NCBI GenBank assembly: GCA_016934265.1
Contig: JAFGTF010000078.1
Coordinates: forward strand, 10,459-74,458
Direction of reading: 5' to 3'
DNA from: Spirochaetota bacterium
Lineage (GTDB): Bacteria > Spirochaetota > B62-G9 > DRHN01
Length of the DNA: 64,000 nt
Each line of letters opens with the position of its first letter. The stretch's first letter is position 1. Positions 1 through 8,786 of this stretch are shown piece by piece. The translations under genes were made by a program, and so were the position numbers. Under the pieces are notes generated by a model. The model ran no database searches, was not told the DNA's origin, and worked only from the letters and a program-made list of their open reading frames with translations.

Positions 1-2314
1 CCAGGCGGAGATAAACGAGGAGCATGGCGCTTTCACGATAACCGATACCTCGGAAGAAAAGAGCACGACGGTCAACGGGAAAACGATAGAAACCATCAAA
101 CTTAACTACGGGGACCGCCTTACGTTCGGTCCCGTAACCGCCCTTTTTTATCCGGAAAAGAAAAGAAAGGGGGGCGGCAAGGCGAAGCTTCTGCTCTATG
201 TCGGTGCGGGCGCGCTCGTCATAGTGCTTTCAATCGTCTTCATATTCTTTCTCATGAGCAGGCAGATTCAGTCGGTCGTCACCGGTCGGATCGGAGAGGG
301 GCTTATCGCAGAGAGCGTCGTGGAGGAAGTTCCGACCGGCATTCCCGCTCCTTTGGAAAAACCTTCAGCGGAACGTACGGGGTTACGCCTGTTCGGAGGC
401 GAGAAAGAACCCTCCGGGTACGATCGGCCCAAGGCCGGCCGGTCCGCCCGCACAACGATAGAGCTGCCGGAACCGACGGCCCTGGAAATCTCGAAGCGAA
501 CGGCCGCCGCCGTACCGAGGGGCCTGGGCCGGCTCTTTTTCAGTAAGACGCCGGTTCCTGTCGCAATAACCGTGCCCGCCGGGGTTGAAGCTGCTCCCGA
601 TGAACGGGAGGCCGGCGCTTTGGGCGGATCGGAGATCGGTCCTTCGGCGGCCGGTGAGGGCGTCGAGGCGGAAACCGCTTCCGTCAATATAACGACGACG
701 GTACAGGAGACTGCGGGCGTGTTCGGGAGGGTGCTCTCACCTTTCAGGCGGCTCTTCGGGTCAGGGGAAACACGCGGGCCGGATATTACAGAAACCGGTG
801 ACATCATCGAGACGACTGCTCCCGTCGAGGAGGTGGGACGGGAGTTAGAACCGGTGCAACCCTCTATTGCAGCAAAGCCGCCCGAAACACCAGAAAGCGC
901 GGAGACGGTAGAGATAGGGGATCTCGTCCGTGTTACGGACCCGCTGGCCGTCCTGACCGCCTTGGATATACCTTCGCTCTCTGCGGGGGCTTTCGAAGAG
1001 AAACCGCTCTACGAGGAGGGGGAGGTTAAAAAGCCCGAGTCAACCGTCAGTTTCAGGGACTTACCGCTTTCGGAGATCGATACCGTTAACATTGACGTAG
1101 CATGGAAATACCCGGAAGGTTTTGAAAGGAACGAGCCGATCATCCGTTCCGGTGCGGTTACCAGGCTCGATCGACGGGGACCGTTACACTACCTCTTCGG
1201 AACGAAGAGCGGCGTTCTCTATGCGCTGAACGGTGAAACCGGAGAGGAGGCGTTCGTCGAGGACCTCGGAAAGCCGTTTTACGATCCGCTTGTAGAATCT
1301 TTCGACGAGGATCCGATAAAGGAAATCCTCATCGTCTTCGAAGACGGCGATATCTCGATCTTTTCCGCACGGCTCGAGCGCTTGTGGCATTACGACGGTT
1401 CGGACCGCATAACCGCGATGCCGGCTCTCGTAGACAGCAACGGCGACGGGACGAAGGACGTCATATTCCCTACGTTGAACATGGACATCATCGCCCTTGA
1501 CGGTAGAAGCGGTTTCGAGCTCTGGCGCTTCTATGATTCGGAGAGCGAGATCATACACTCCCCGGTGGCGCTCGACGCCAACGGCGATTCAGTCGAGGAC
1601 CTGCTCGTCAGCACGGAGCTGGGGTACATATACATGCTCGACGGCGGCACCGGCTGGTCGCTCTGGAAGAACCCGGTACACGGAAGGCCGGCGGGGTCTC
1701 CCGCGCTCGCTGATCTCGACGGCGACGGACAGCGTGAGATAGTGGTCCTGACGAAAGACGGCAATCTCGAAAGCTTCTCTTTGGACGGAAAGCTCCTGTT
1801 CGCCTATGAGATCGAAGGCGGTTTCAGCAATTCGCCTTCTTTGGGGGATACTGACGGGGACGGGTTGAACGAGATCGTAATCACCGACGATACCGGCGTC
1901 GTCCATGTTATAGAGGGGAAGACGAGGGCCGAAAAATGGACGTTTGAATCGGAGGAAGGTCCTGTGCTCGGCAGGACGGTCCTGTGTGACCTCGACGGGG
2001 ATAGGGGAACGGAAGTCGTATTTTGCACCTATTCCGGTACGCTTTTCGTGCTGGACGGCAGGACGGGCTCTCAGATCGCATCTTTCAACAGCAAAAGCCA
2101 TCTGATGTCTACTCCGATCGCGGTCGACATGAACAGGGACAGAACCATTGAAATACTATGCGGGACCTACGGCGGCGAGGTGTTCGCACTCAACGTTTCC
2201 GATATACGAAGAAAGCTCCTTGTTCTGAAACGCTCGGCCTGGGGCACGAGAAACCATGATTACAGTAACACGGGATACGCGGGATCCTATTTCTTGAAAA
2301 ATCCCTGGATGTGA
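1..2314 (+). CDS. FHA domain / transmembrane / PQQ-FG-GAP beta-propeller protein (5' truncated by window)
   Basis: The frame is open from base 2: QAEINEEHGAFTITDTSEEKSTTVNGKTIETIKLNYGDRLTFGP resembles the C-terminal half of an FHA domain. It is followed by a basic patch and TM helix (LLLYVGAGALVIVLSIVFIFFL), a Pro/Glu-rich linker, and repeated DxDGDG-type motifs (DSNGDG, DANGDS, DLDGDG, DTDGDG, DLDGDR, DMNRDR). Confidence 0.75.
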   Translation, partial: QAEINEEHGAFTITDTSEEKSTTVNGKTIETIKLNYGDRLTFGPVTALFYPEKKRKGGGKAKLLLYVGAGALVIVLSIVFIFFLMSRQIQSVVTGRIGEGLIAESVVEEVPTGIPAPLEKPSAERTGLRLFGGEKEPSGYDRPKAGRSARTTIELPEPTALEISKRTAAAVPRGLGRLFFSKTPVPVAITVPAGVEAAPDEREAGALGGSEIGPSAAGEGVEAETASVNITTTVQETAGVFGRVLSPFRRLFGSGETRGPDITETGDIIETTAPVEEVGRELEPVQPSIAAKPPETPESAETVEIGDLVRVTDPLAVLTALDIPSLSAGAFEEKPLYEEGEVKKPESTVSFRDLPLSEIDTVNIDVAWKYPEGFERNEPIIRSGAVTRLDRRGPLHYLFGTKSGVLYALNGETGEEAFVEDLGKPFYDPLVESFDEDPIKEILIVFEDGDISIFSARLERLWHYDGSDRITAMPALVDSNGDGTKDVIFPTLNMDIIALDGRSGFELWRFYDSESEIIHSPVALDANGDSVEDLLVSTELGYIYMLDGGTGWSLWKNPVHGRPAGSPALADLDGDGQREIVVLTKDGNLESFSLDGKLLFAYEIEGGFSNSPSLGDTDGDGLNEIVITDDTGVVHVIEGKTRAEKWTFESEEGPVLGRTVLCDLDGDRGTEVVFCTYSGTLFVLDGRTGSQIASFNSKSHLMSTPIAVDMNRDRTIEILCGTYGGEVFALNVSDIRRKLLVLKRSAWGTRNHDYSNTGYAGSYFLKNPWM

Positions 2315-2318
2315 AACT

Positions 2319-4775
2319 ATGAGAATACGTCTTGTACCGCTTATAGCCATACTACTTTTTGTTTTTTCACTGTTTCTTTTCAAGGCCCAGAACCTAGAAG
2401 GGGCGAAGAACGCGTCGCCGACCGCAGGGAAAGATGCCGAGCAGCCTGCGGAAGAAACCGCGCCCGAAGAGGTGGAGATACCGGAACCAGAACCGCAGGT
2501 CGTCAAGGAAAAGATTACGGAGGGTGAAATATCCGGAAGGCTCATCGACGAGCTCGGCGGTCCGGTGGGCGGGGTGACGGTTACCGCGGTCGATAAAAAC
2601 GGTCACGTAGTCTCCGAGACGACGACCGACGAAGAGGGAATTTACCGGTTCGAAGGCATCACCGAAGGCGAATATACGATTTCGGTGCGCTACAGCGGGA
2701 TCTCCGCTCCGCTGGAGATCCGGTTCGGCGATAAAAAAGAGCGGGCGCCCATACCCACCGGTCTGCGGGTATCGGAGGCGTACGAAAATATCCCCGGGAA
2801 AAGCTTCATCAGGGCGACGTGGAACAAAATGCCCGATGTACTGTCATATAAGGCCGAAGTGTATAAAAAGGGGGACAGGGAACCGGTCGCCCGGTACGAG
2901 GACCTGCTGCACACGACGTTCGAGTTCGGCAACCTCGAGGAAGACACCGACTATCAGGTGAGGATTTTCTCCAAGAACGAGAAAGGTTTTTCCACCTCGT
3001 ACGCGCTCGGGAACCTGCACACAGCGAACAAACCGCCGTTCGCACCGTTCGGCGTCGGGGCGGTGTACGCGAAGAACCACCGTCTCGACCTTATTTGGAG
3101 CAGGGTGAAAAGCGATATCCCGAAAGGGTACATCATCTCTCTGAGAAGCGGAAGCGCTCCATGGCGCTACTACAGCCCGAGCGGTCTCGTTGCCGACTCG
3201 GCCGATGCGTTCGTCGTAGAGGATAAAGAGGAAAGTAAAAACGGTTTTTCAATCACCGGAAACGGCAGCGACGGAAGGCCGCTGGTACAAAACGGCGTAC
3301 CATACGGCGTGAGGATTTATGCGGTAGACGATGCCGGTTCTCTGAGCCCGGCCTCCACCCCTGTATACGGAATCGTGCTCGAAGACACCGTACCGCCTTT
3401 CGTCCCCACGAATATCAAATACGAGTTCGTTTCAGGGGACCGTTTGAGGATCTCCTGGGAGACGAAAGACACCGATATATCCAGATACAGGGTATACTAC
3501 GGGCTCACGCCCGGACGGTACGACGGTATCGTCTATACGGATCTCTCCTTCTACGAGCTCATCGTGGACCGTGAGAAGCTTCAAGACAAGGGGCTGTACG
3601 TCGCAGTGACCGCCATAGACAGGGCGGGAAACGAGAGCGTGTACAGGCAGGTGGAGGAGCGCGCCTCGGTGAAAGGAGGCGAAACGGTCTCCCGCGACCT
3701 CGTCTTGTCCTACTCGGGGGTGACAAAGGACCTCTCGCCTGCGATACAACAACCTCCGAAGAAGATCGAAGAGAAGCCGAAGCCGAAGAAGACCGTCCCC
3801 ACGGTTCGAAAACCCACCGAGTACGGGCTCTCTTACCTGGCAAGCAAGGGATTCGTGGTCGAGGGCAAGGAGACCGCGACGCTCAGCGGAAAGATTTTGC
3901 TGCCGGAAGACACTATTATCAGGGTCCTTTCGGGGGGGACGCTCGTGGTAAAGGGAGCCGAGCTATCGGCCGAGAAGTCCATATGGGGAGGTATACGGTT
4001 TGCGGGCGGGTCGAACGGTTCGGTTATCGACGTTACCGTCCGTGATGCGCTCACCGGGATCGCCGTTACCGACAATACGGCCGGCGTCACGCTGAGGGGT
4101 CTGACGGTGGAGGGTTGCATCGAGCATGGAATATACATAAAGAACAGCACTATAGAGATGACTTCGCTCACCGTACGGAAGAATAAAACGGGAATATTCA
4201 TAGAGGACTCGGACGTACGAATCACCGGCTCACAGATAGAGGAAAACGAGAAGGGGGTTTTGGCGTACAACTACCGCTCCCGTATCGATACTACGCGTTT
4301 CATCGGTAACAGCGTGTACGGGCTGCGGCTGTACGGCGGCGGCGACGTTACAGGGTGTACATTCAGGAACAACTATGTGGGGGCAGCGTTCGATCCCGGA
4401 AGGGGAGCAGCCCGGCTTTTGGACAGCAGGGTCGAAAAGAACCGTATCGACGGTGTAGTGGCGAGCTCTTCCGAGCTCTTGATTCAACGGACGGCCGTTT
4501 CCGGTAACGGCAGGAACGGCGTGTATGTAAAGAATCGGGAAAACCCGGTAATCACGGAAAGCGACATAACGAACAATAAACGGTATGGGGTCACAGGCGG
4601 CGGGAGGGTTTCACGCTGCTATGTAGCCTATAATAACGGCAGTATCTACGTGGATGATACGCAAAAGAAGGGCAGGCCTGACGACGTCACGTCTTCCTCC
4701 TCTTCCGGTATCGTAAAGCAGATTTCCGGCGTCGACTATATCGGAGACCTCACAGGGTCTTCCGTTTTACAATAG
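2319..4775 (+). CDS. Exported/membrane-anchored protein: carboxypeptidase-regulatory-like domain, FN3 repeats, C-terminal right-handed beta-helix
   Basis: N-terminal hydrophobic segment; ISGRLIDELGGPVGGVTVT...TDEEGIYRF (carboxypeptidase regulatory-like); FN3-like LEEDTDYQVRIFSKN, AVDDAGSLS and AIDRAGNES; C-terminal repeats of the N-x-x-G-I/V type. Confidence 0.7.
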   Translation: MRIRLVPLIAILLFVFSLFLFKAQNLEGAKNASPTAGKDAEQPAEETAPEEVEIPEPEPQVVKEKITEGEISGRLIDELGGPVGGVTVTAVDKNGHVVSETTTDEEGIYRFEGITEGEYTISVRYSGISAPLEIRFGDKKERAPIPTGLRVSEAYENIPGKSFIRATWNKMPDVLSYKAEVYKKGDREPVARYEDLLHTTFEFGNLEEDTDYQVRIFSKNEKGFSTSYALGNLHTANKPPFAPFGVGAVYAKNHRLDLIWSRVKSDIPKGYIISLRSGSAPWRYYSPSGLVADSADAFVVEDKEESKNGFSITGNGSDGRPLVQNGVPYGVRIYAVDDAGSLSPASTPVYGIVLEDTVPPFVPTNIKYEFVSGDRLRISWETKDTDISRYRVYYGLTPGRYDGIVYTDLSFYELIVDREKLQDKGLYVAVTAIDRAGNESVYRQVEERASVKGGETVSRDLVLSYSGVTKDLSPAIQQPPKKIEEKPKPKKTVPTVRKPTEYGLSYLASKGFVVEGKETATLSGKILLPEDTIIRVLSGGTLVVKGAELSAEKSIWGGIRFAGGSNGSVIDVTVRDALTGIAVTDNTAGVTLRGLTVEGCIEHGIYIKNSTIEMTSLTVRKNKTGIFIEDSDVRITGSQIEENEKGVLAYNYRSRIDTTRFIGNSVYGLRLYGGGDVTGCTFRNNYVGAAFDPGRGAARLLDSRVEKNRIDGVVASSSELLIQRTAVSGNGRNGVYVKNRENPVITESDITNNKRYGVTGGGRVSRCYVAYNNGSIYVDDTQKKGRPDDVTSSSSSGIVKQISGVDYIGDLTGSSVLQ

Positions 4776-4787
4776 AGCAGGGATCAC

Positions 4788-6557
4788 ATGGATACAACGA
4801 AGCAGATGCAGTTTCTCGTGGGAAGCATACGCGAAGCGAAAAAAAAGATCGTGCTCGGGGCAATTGCGGCATCGGTGCTTTCGGTGCTGCTGTTCGTCGT
4901 GGGGTCCTACTATCTTCTTTTTCGCGTATTCGAGAGCATGACACGGGATTATTATGCCTCCCTTTTACGCGGCATCTCTTCCTTTCAGACCGATCTCATC
5001 GGCAAGGAGAACACGAGCGGCGATCTCAAACGTATCGCCTCGGAGTTGTCGTCGTACCGTGGGGTAAACGAGGTCTGGTTTGCCGACCGCTTCGGAAGGC
5101 TCATATTCGCGACGGATCGCGAGCTTTTTTCCCAATTCGAGAACAGGAGGCTTCCGTCGGAGTATTTCGAGAGCGTGCAGCATGTATGGCGTTTCGAAAA
5201 CGGCAGGCCGGTGCCGAAAATCGTGCCCGTTACGAAACTGCTGGGACAGAGATTTTCGATTCCGATTTATCCGTTCCGGACCGAGGGTTATGATTTCGTA
5301 ATGGGAATCGACGTCAACCGGTTCGTGTATCTCCCGGATAACTACCTCTTCATATTACTGTCCGCAGGATATTTCGTGGTATTCTCCGCGCTATTATTCT
5401 TTCCCCTGTTCTTCTGGGTGTCGAACAGGCTCGCAAGCATCGCCATGCGAATACCGATGATCGTCGGCTCGCAGGCTCCCGGTATTCGTGCTGCCGAGCA
5501 AAAACAAGAAAGGCCGTACGGGGTTCGCGAAGAGGAACCGGCTCCCGCAGGGTCCGAAGAGGAGGCCGAAAAGGCGGGATCGAATGAAACGGAGTCGGCC
5601 GGAGGTGTAGCCGGTAACGAGCCCGCGCCAGGAACCGGGAGCAATAAAAGACGGCGGCCTGAGAGAGTGTCCCCTGAGAAAGAGAGGGGGAAAGAGGAAA
5701 AAAAGACGCCTTTGGACGGTACATCCAAGGAGGGATCCTCCAAGGAAGGGGCATCCGCTGAGGTGGAGGCTGAAGCGGGGGAGACCGCCTTTGACACGGC
5801 CGCCGGCACACAAGACCTCGGCGAGGCGACAGCCTCGGCCGTGGCTCTTGCCTCCTTTGTAGAAAGAAAGAAGGCGTTGTTCATGCACGAAGACATCCAG
5901 CTGCCATTTATCAACGCGAGCTGCTACGTACATAACTCTTCCGGTGTGGACGGCTCCTATCTCTACAAGCACAAAACGGGCGAAAAGGTGTATTTCATCT
6001 CGTTTCTTCTTCCCTACGGGAGTGCGGAGGATGCACTGGCCGGTCTGAACGGCCTTCTGAACATATTCAACGAAGGGGTGGAGAAGGCGGGGCATGTGCG
6101 GGACTTTTCAAAAGGCCTCAACGAGTTCTGCCTCGAAAACGGTATGAAGCTGAACCTGTCGGTATTAGCCGTCGAAACGGGTGAGAAGAGTGTCCGCTAC
6201 AGCGCATTCGGTAGCGGGCGTGCCTTTTATTTGAAGAGCGGAAAAGACGAGCCGAAGGAGCTCGTGCTCGACCTGCCGGAACTGGGCGAGGTCGACGAAG
6301 ATGCGTTCAGCGAACATCCCACATTCGCCGATATCAGGTTTCAGCAAAACGATCTTTTTTTCATGTTGCCACAGGATATATTCCAGCCCGGCGGCGGCGG
6401 GGAAGCCGGGCCAGACGGTCCGGGGGCGCGTTTATCCGGTACGATGCGAGAGATGGGAGAAAAGAGCGCATTCGAGTGCAGTATGAGCATAGGACGCACG
6501 CTTCACGAAATATCAGGCTCCAGGCAGACAGGACTCGTAACGGTCAAATTCTTATGA
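4788..6557 (+). CDS. Two-TM membrane protein with Cache-like extracytoplasmic domain and degenerate SpoIIE/PP2C-like C-terminal domain
   Basis: Two TM helices flank EVWFADRFGRLIFAT (Cache/PAS-like). A charged low-complexity linker follows. The C-terminus follows the SpoIIE layout (VRYSAFG...AFY...LG...FQQNDLFFM) but lacks the catalytic DG motifs. Confidence 0.55.
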   Translation: MDTTKQMQFLVGSIREAKKKIVLGAIAASVLSVLLFVVGSYYLLFRVFESMTRDYYASLLRGISSFQTDLIGKENTSGDLKRIASELSSYRGVNEVWFADRFGRLIFATDRELFSQFENRRLPSEYFESVQHVWRFENGRPVPKIVPVTKLLGQRFSIPIYPFRTEGYDFVMGIDVNRFVYLPDNYLFILLSAGYFVVFSALLFFPLFFWVSNRLASIAMRIPMIVGSQAPGIRAAEQKQERPYGVREEEPAPAGSEEEAEKAGSNETESAGGVAGNEPAPGTGSNKRRRPERVSPEKERGKEEKKTPLDGTSKEGSSKEGASAEVEAEAGETAFDTAAGTQDLGEATASAVALASFVERKKALFMHEDIQLPFINASCYVHNSSGVDGSYLYKHKTGEKVYFISFLLPYGSAEDALAGLNGLLNIFNEGVEKAGHVRDFSKGLNEFCLENGMKLNLSVLAVETGEKSVRYSAFGSGRAFYLKSGKDEPKELVLDLPELGEVDEDAFSEHPTFADIRFQQNDLFFMLPQDIFQPGGGGEAGPDGPGARLSGTMREMGEKSAFECSMSIGRTLHEISGSRQTGLVTVKFL

Positions 6558-6563
6558 TTTTGC

Positions 6564-6592
6564 TTGACAGTTGCTGACGATATTATTACAAT
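6564..6592 (+). promoter_or_regulatory. Sigma70-type promoter of the rimP-nusA operon
   Basis: TTGACA (6564-6569), 17 nt spacer, TACAAT (6587-6592). Confidence 0.8.
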
Positions 6593-6628
6593 TTTAATGC
6601 TCGGGTAAAGAGGATGGCTTGTTCCTGC

Positions 6629-6655
6629 AAGAGTCGCGTGGCCGACTCTTTTTTT
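6629..6655 (+). promoter_or_regulatory. rimP leader hairpin / attenuator
   Basis: AAGAGTCG-cgtggc-CGACTCTT followed by a T run, between the promoter and rimP. Similar hairpins are commonly found upstream of rimP. Confidence 0.65.
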
Positions 6656-6701
6656 ATTGTGGTTCTTGCGCAAGGCAAATTTTCATTCCAGACCGAATGC
6701 C

Positions 6702-7184
6702 ATGGCTGAAGATATACATGAGAACCTCCAAGAGGTACTCTTCGATGAAGTCTCACGGATCGCCGAGCCGCTTCGGATAACGGTGGTGGAATGCGCCGTC
6801 AAGAGGGGTAAGAACGGGATCACCCTAACCGTCGTGATCGACATGCCCGGCGGGGTCAGGATCTCTGACTGTGAGAAGATCTCGCGCATGTTTGCGTCGA
6901 GGATCGATGTACTGGGGTTAGGCGGGCTCGAGAACTACAGTCTCCAGGTGACCTCGCCGGGTATTGGGAGGGAGCTCAAGAGCAGGAGAGAATACGAAAT
7001 ATTCAGAGGAAAAAAAGTGAGGGTAACGCTGCTGCATCCTCTTGACAAGACGAATACCAAGAGGGATATTGTTGTCAGGGGGGAGTTGCTCGGCATTGAA
7101 GGCGAAACCGTGTCCATAGCGGGAGAGGAGGGGGTGCTCTCGATCCCGTTTTCGTCCATTAAGCGGACGAAATTGGACGGATGA
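6702..7184 (+). CDS. rimP: Ribosome maturation factor RimP
   Basis: ISDCEKISR and YSLQVTSPGIGRELK motifs; directly upstream of nusA. ATG 6702 chosen over TTG 6657. Confidence 0.93.
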   Translation: MAEDIHENLQEVLFDEVSRIAEPLRITVVECAVKRGKNGITLTVVIDMPGGVRISDCEKISRMFASRIDVLGLGGLENYSLQVTSPGIGRELKSRREYEIFRGKKVRVTLLHPLDKTNTKRDIVVRGELLGIEGETVSIAGEEGVLSIPFSSIKRTKLDG

Positions 7185-7197
7185 TTTGGAGGATACA

Positions 7198-8697
7198 ATG
7201 GCAAACGAGTTTGCCGGTGCGGTAAAACAGCTCGTTGCTGATAAAGGCATTTCCGAGGATCTGATACTGAAGACCATCGAGATGGCGCTGGTCGCTGCAT
7301 ACAAGAAGAAGTTCGGTACCGCGTCGAACGCGGAAACGGTAATCGACGAGGAGAATCATCTCGTCAAGATATATTCCAAGAAGGAAATCGTCGAGAAGGT
7401 GGAAGATCCCGTGTTCGAGATCAGTCTCGAAGAGGCCAAGAGACTGGTGGCGGGCGCCGAGCTCAAGGACGAGCTGCTCATCGAGGTCAAACCGGAGGAT
7501 TTCGGAAGGATAGCGGCGCAGACTGCGAAGCAGGTGGTCCGGCAGAGGCTCAAGGAGATTGAGAAGGACGTCGTGTACAACGAGTTCAAGCAGCGCGAGG
7601 GAGAAATGATCGTCGGATATTTCCAGCGCGAAAGAAACGGCACCATCTTTGTAAACCTAGGCAAGACCGAGGGTATAATGCCGAGATCGCAGCAGTCCCC
7701 GAGGGAACACTACAGGGTCGGGGACAGGATAAAGGCGCTCCTGCTGGAGGTGAGAAAGGACACGAAAGGGCCGCAGATCGTATTGTCCAGGGCCCATCCG
7801 GGCTTCGTCAAGAAGATATTCGAGCTCGAGGTGCCGGAAATCGCGGACGGCACGATAACGATTGAGAACATTGTTCGGGACCCCGGCTACAGAACCAAGG
7901 TTGCCGTCCACTCTCCGCGGGACGAGATCGATCCCGTAGGAGCCTGTGTCGGTCTGAAGGGTGTCCGTATCCAGGCGATCGTCGGAGAGCTCGAAGGCGA
8001 AAAGATTGACATATTGAAGTGGGACCCCGACATCAAACGCTACATCAGCAATGCGATGAATCCGGTCAAGATTTCGAGAATATTCCTTGTCGACGAGAGT
8101 ACGAAGGAGGCGATCATCGTGGTTTCCGAGTCGCAGCTCTCTATCGCGATCGGGCGGCAGGGACAGAATATCCGGCTCGTATCGAAGCTTGTCGGCTGGA
8201 AGCTCGATGTGATTACCGAGAAAGAGTTCGAGCAGTCCGAGTATGCCGAGTACGCGAGGAAGGCGGCGGACGAGCTGTTCGGCGGGGAAGAAAGCGAGGT
8301 CGTCACGCTTCGGGATATTCCGGGTCTCAAGGCCGAAACGGTCGATATTCTCGAGGGCGCGGGTATGCAGGAGATAGAGGACGTCATCAGCATGAAGCAG
8401 GAGGATCTCGTCGAGCTTGAGGGAATGACGAAAGAAATGGCCCAGGAATTTTTACACACAATTTCCGAGAACATCGAGATAGTCGAAGAGGAGATGATCA
8501 AATCCGATGAGTCTGTGACGGAATCGTCCGAAGACGAAGAAGAGAAGTATTATGAGTGCCCGAACTGCGGGGCCCGTATAGACGAGAGCATGCAGCAGTG
8601 TGCCTCGTGTGGGGTCGAGCTCGTATTCCAGGAGGAAGAAGAGGAGGGTGAGGAAAAGGAAAACGCTATGGAAGAGGGGGACGAACAAGAGGAGTAG
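7198..8697 (+). CDS. nusA: Transcription factor NusA with C-terminal HhH-like segment and zinc ribbon
   Basis: FGRIAAQTAKQV, DPVGACVG, AIGRQGQNIRL; tail CPNCG...CASCG. GGAGG lies upstream of ATG 7198. Confidence 0.97.
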   Translation: MANEFAGAVKQLVADKGISEDLILKTIEMALVAAYKKKFGTASNAETVIDEENHLVKIYSKKEIVEKVEDPVFEISLEEAKRLVAGAELKDELLIEVKPEDFGRIAAQTAKQVVRQRLKEIEKDVVYNEFKQREGEMIVGYFQRERNGTIFVNLGKTEGIMPRSQQSPREHYRVGDRIKALLLEVRKDTKGPQIVLSRAHPGFVKKIFELEVPEIADGTITIENIVRDPGYRTKVAVHSPRDEIDPVGACVGLKGVRIQAIVGELEGEKIDILKWDPDIKRYISNAMNPVKISRIFLVDESTKEAIIVVSESQLSIAIGRQGQNIRLVSKLVGWKLDVITEKEFEQSEYAEYARKAADELFGGEESEVVTLRDIPGLKAETVDILEGAGMQEIEDVISMKQEDLVELEGMTKEMAQEFLHTISENIEIVEEEMIKSDESVTESSEDEEEKYYECPNCGARIDESMQQCASCGVELVFQEEEEEGEEKENAMEEGDEQEE

Positions 8698-8786
8698 ACT
8701 CTTTTATTCCGGTTTTTCGGAATGTACGGCGGGGACGTGATGAAGGGCGATAGCATAGACAGTCAAGCGACAGTGCGGGGTAGTGT

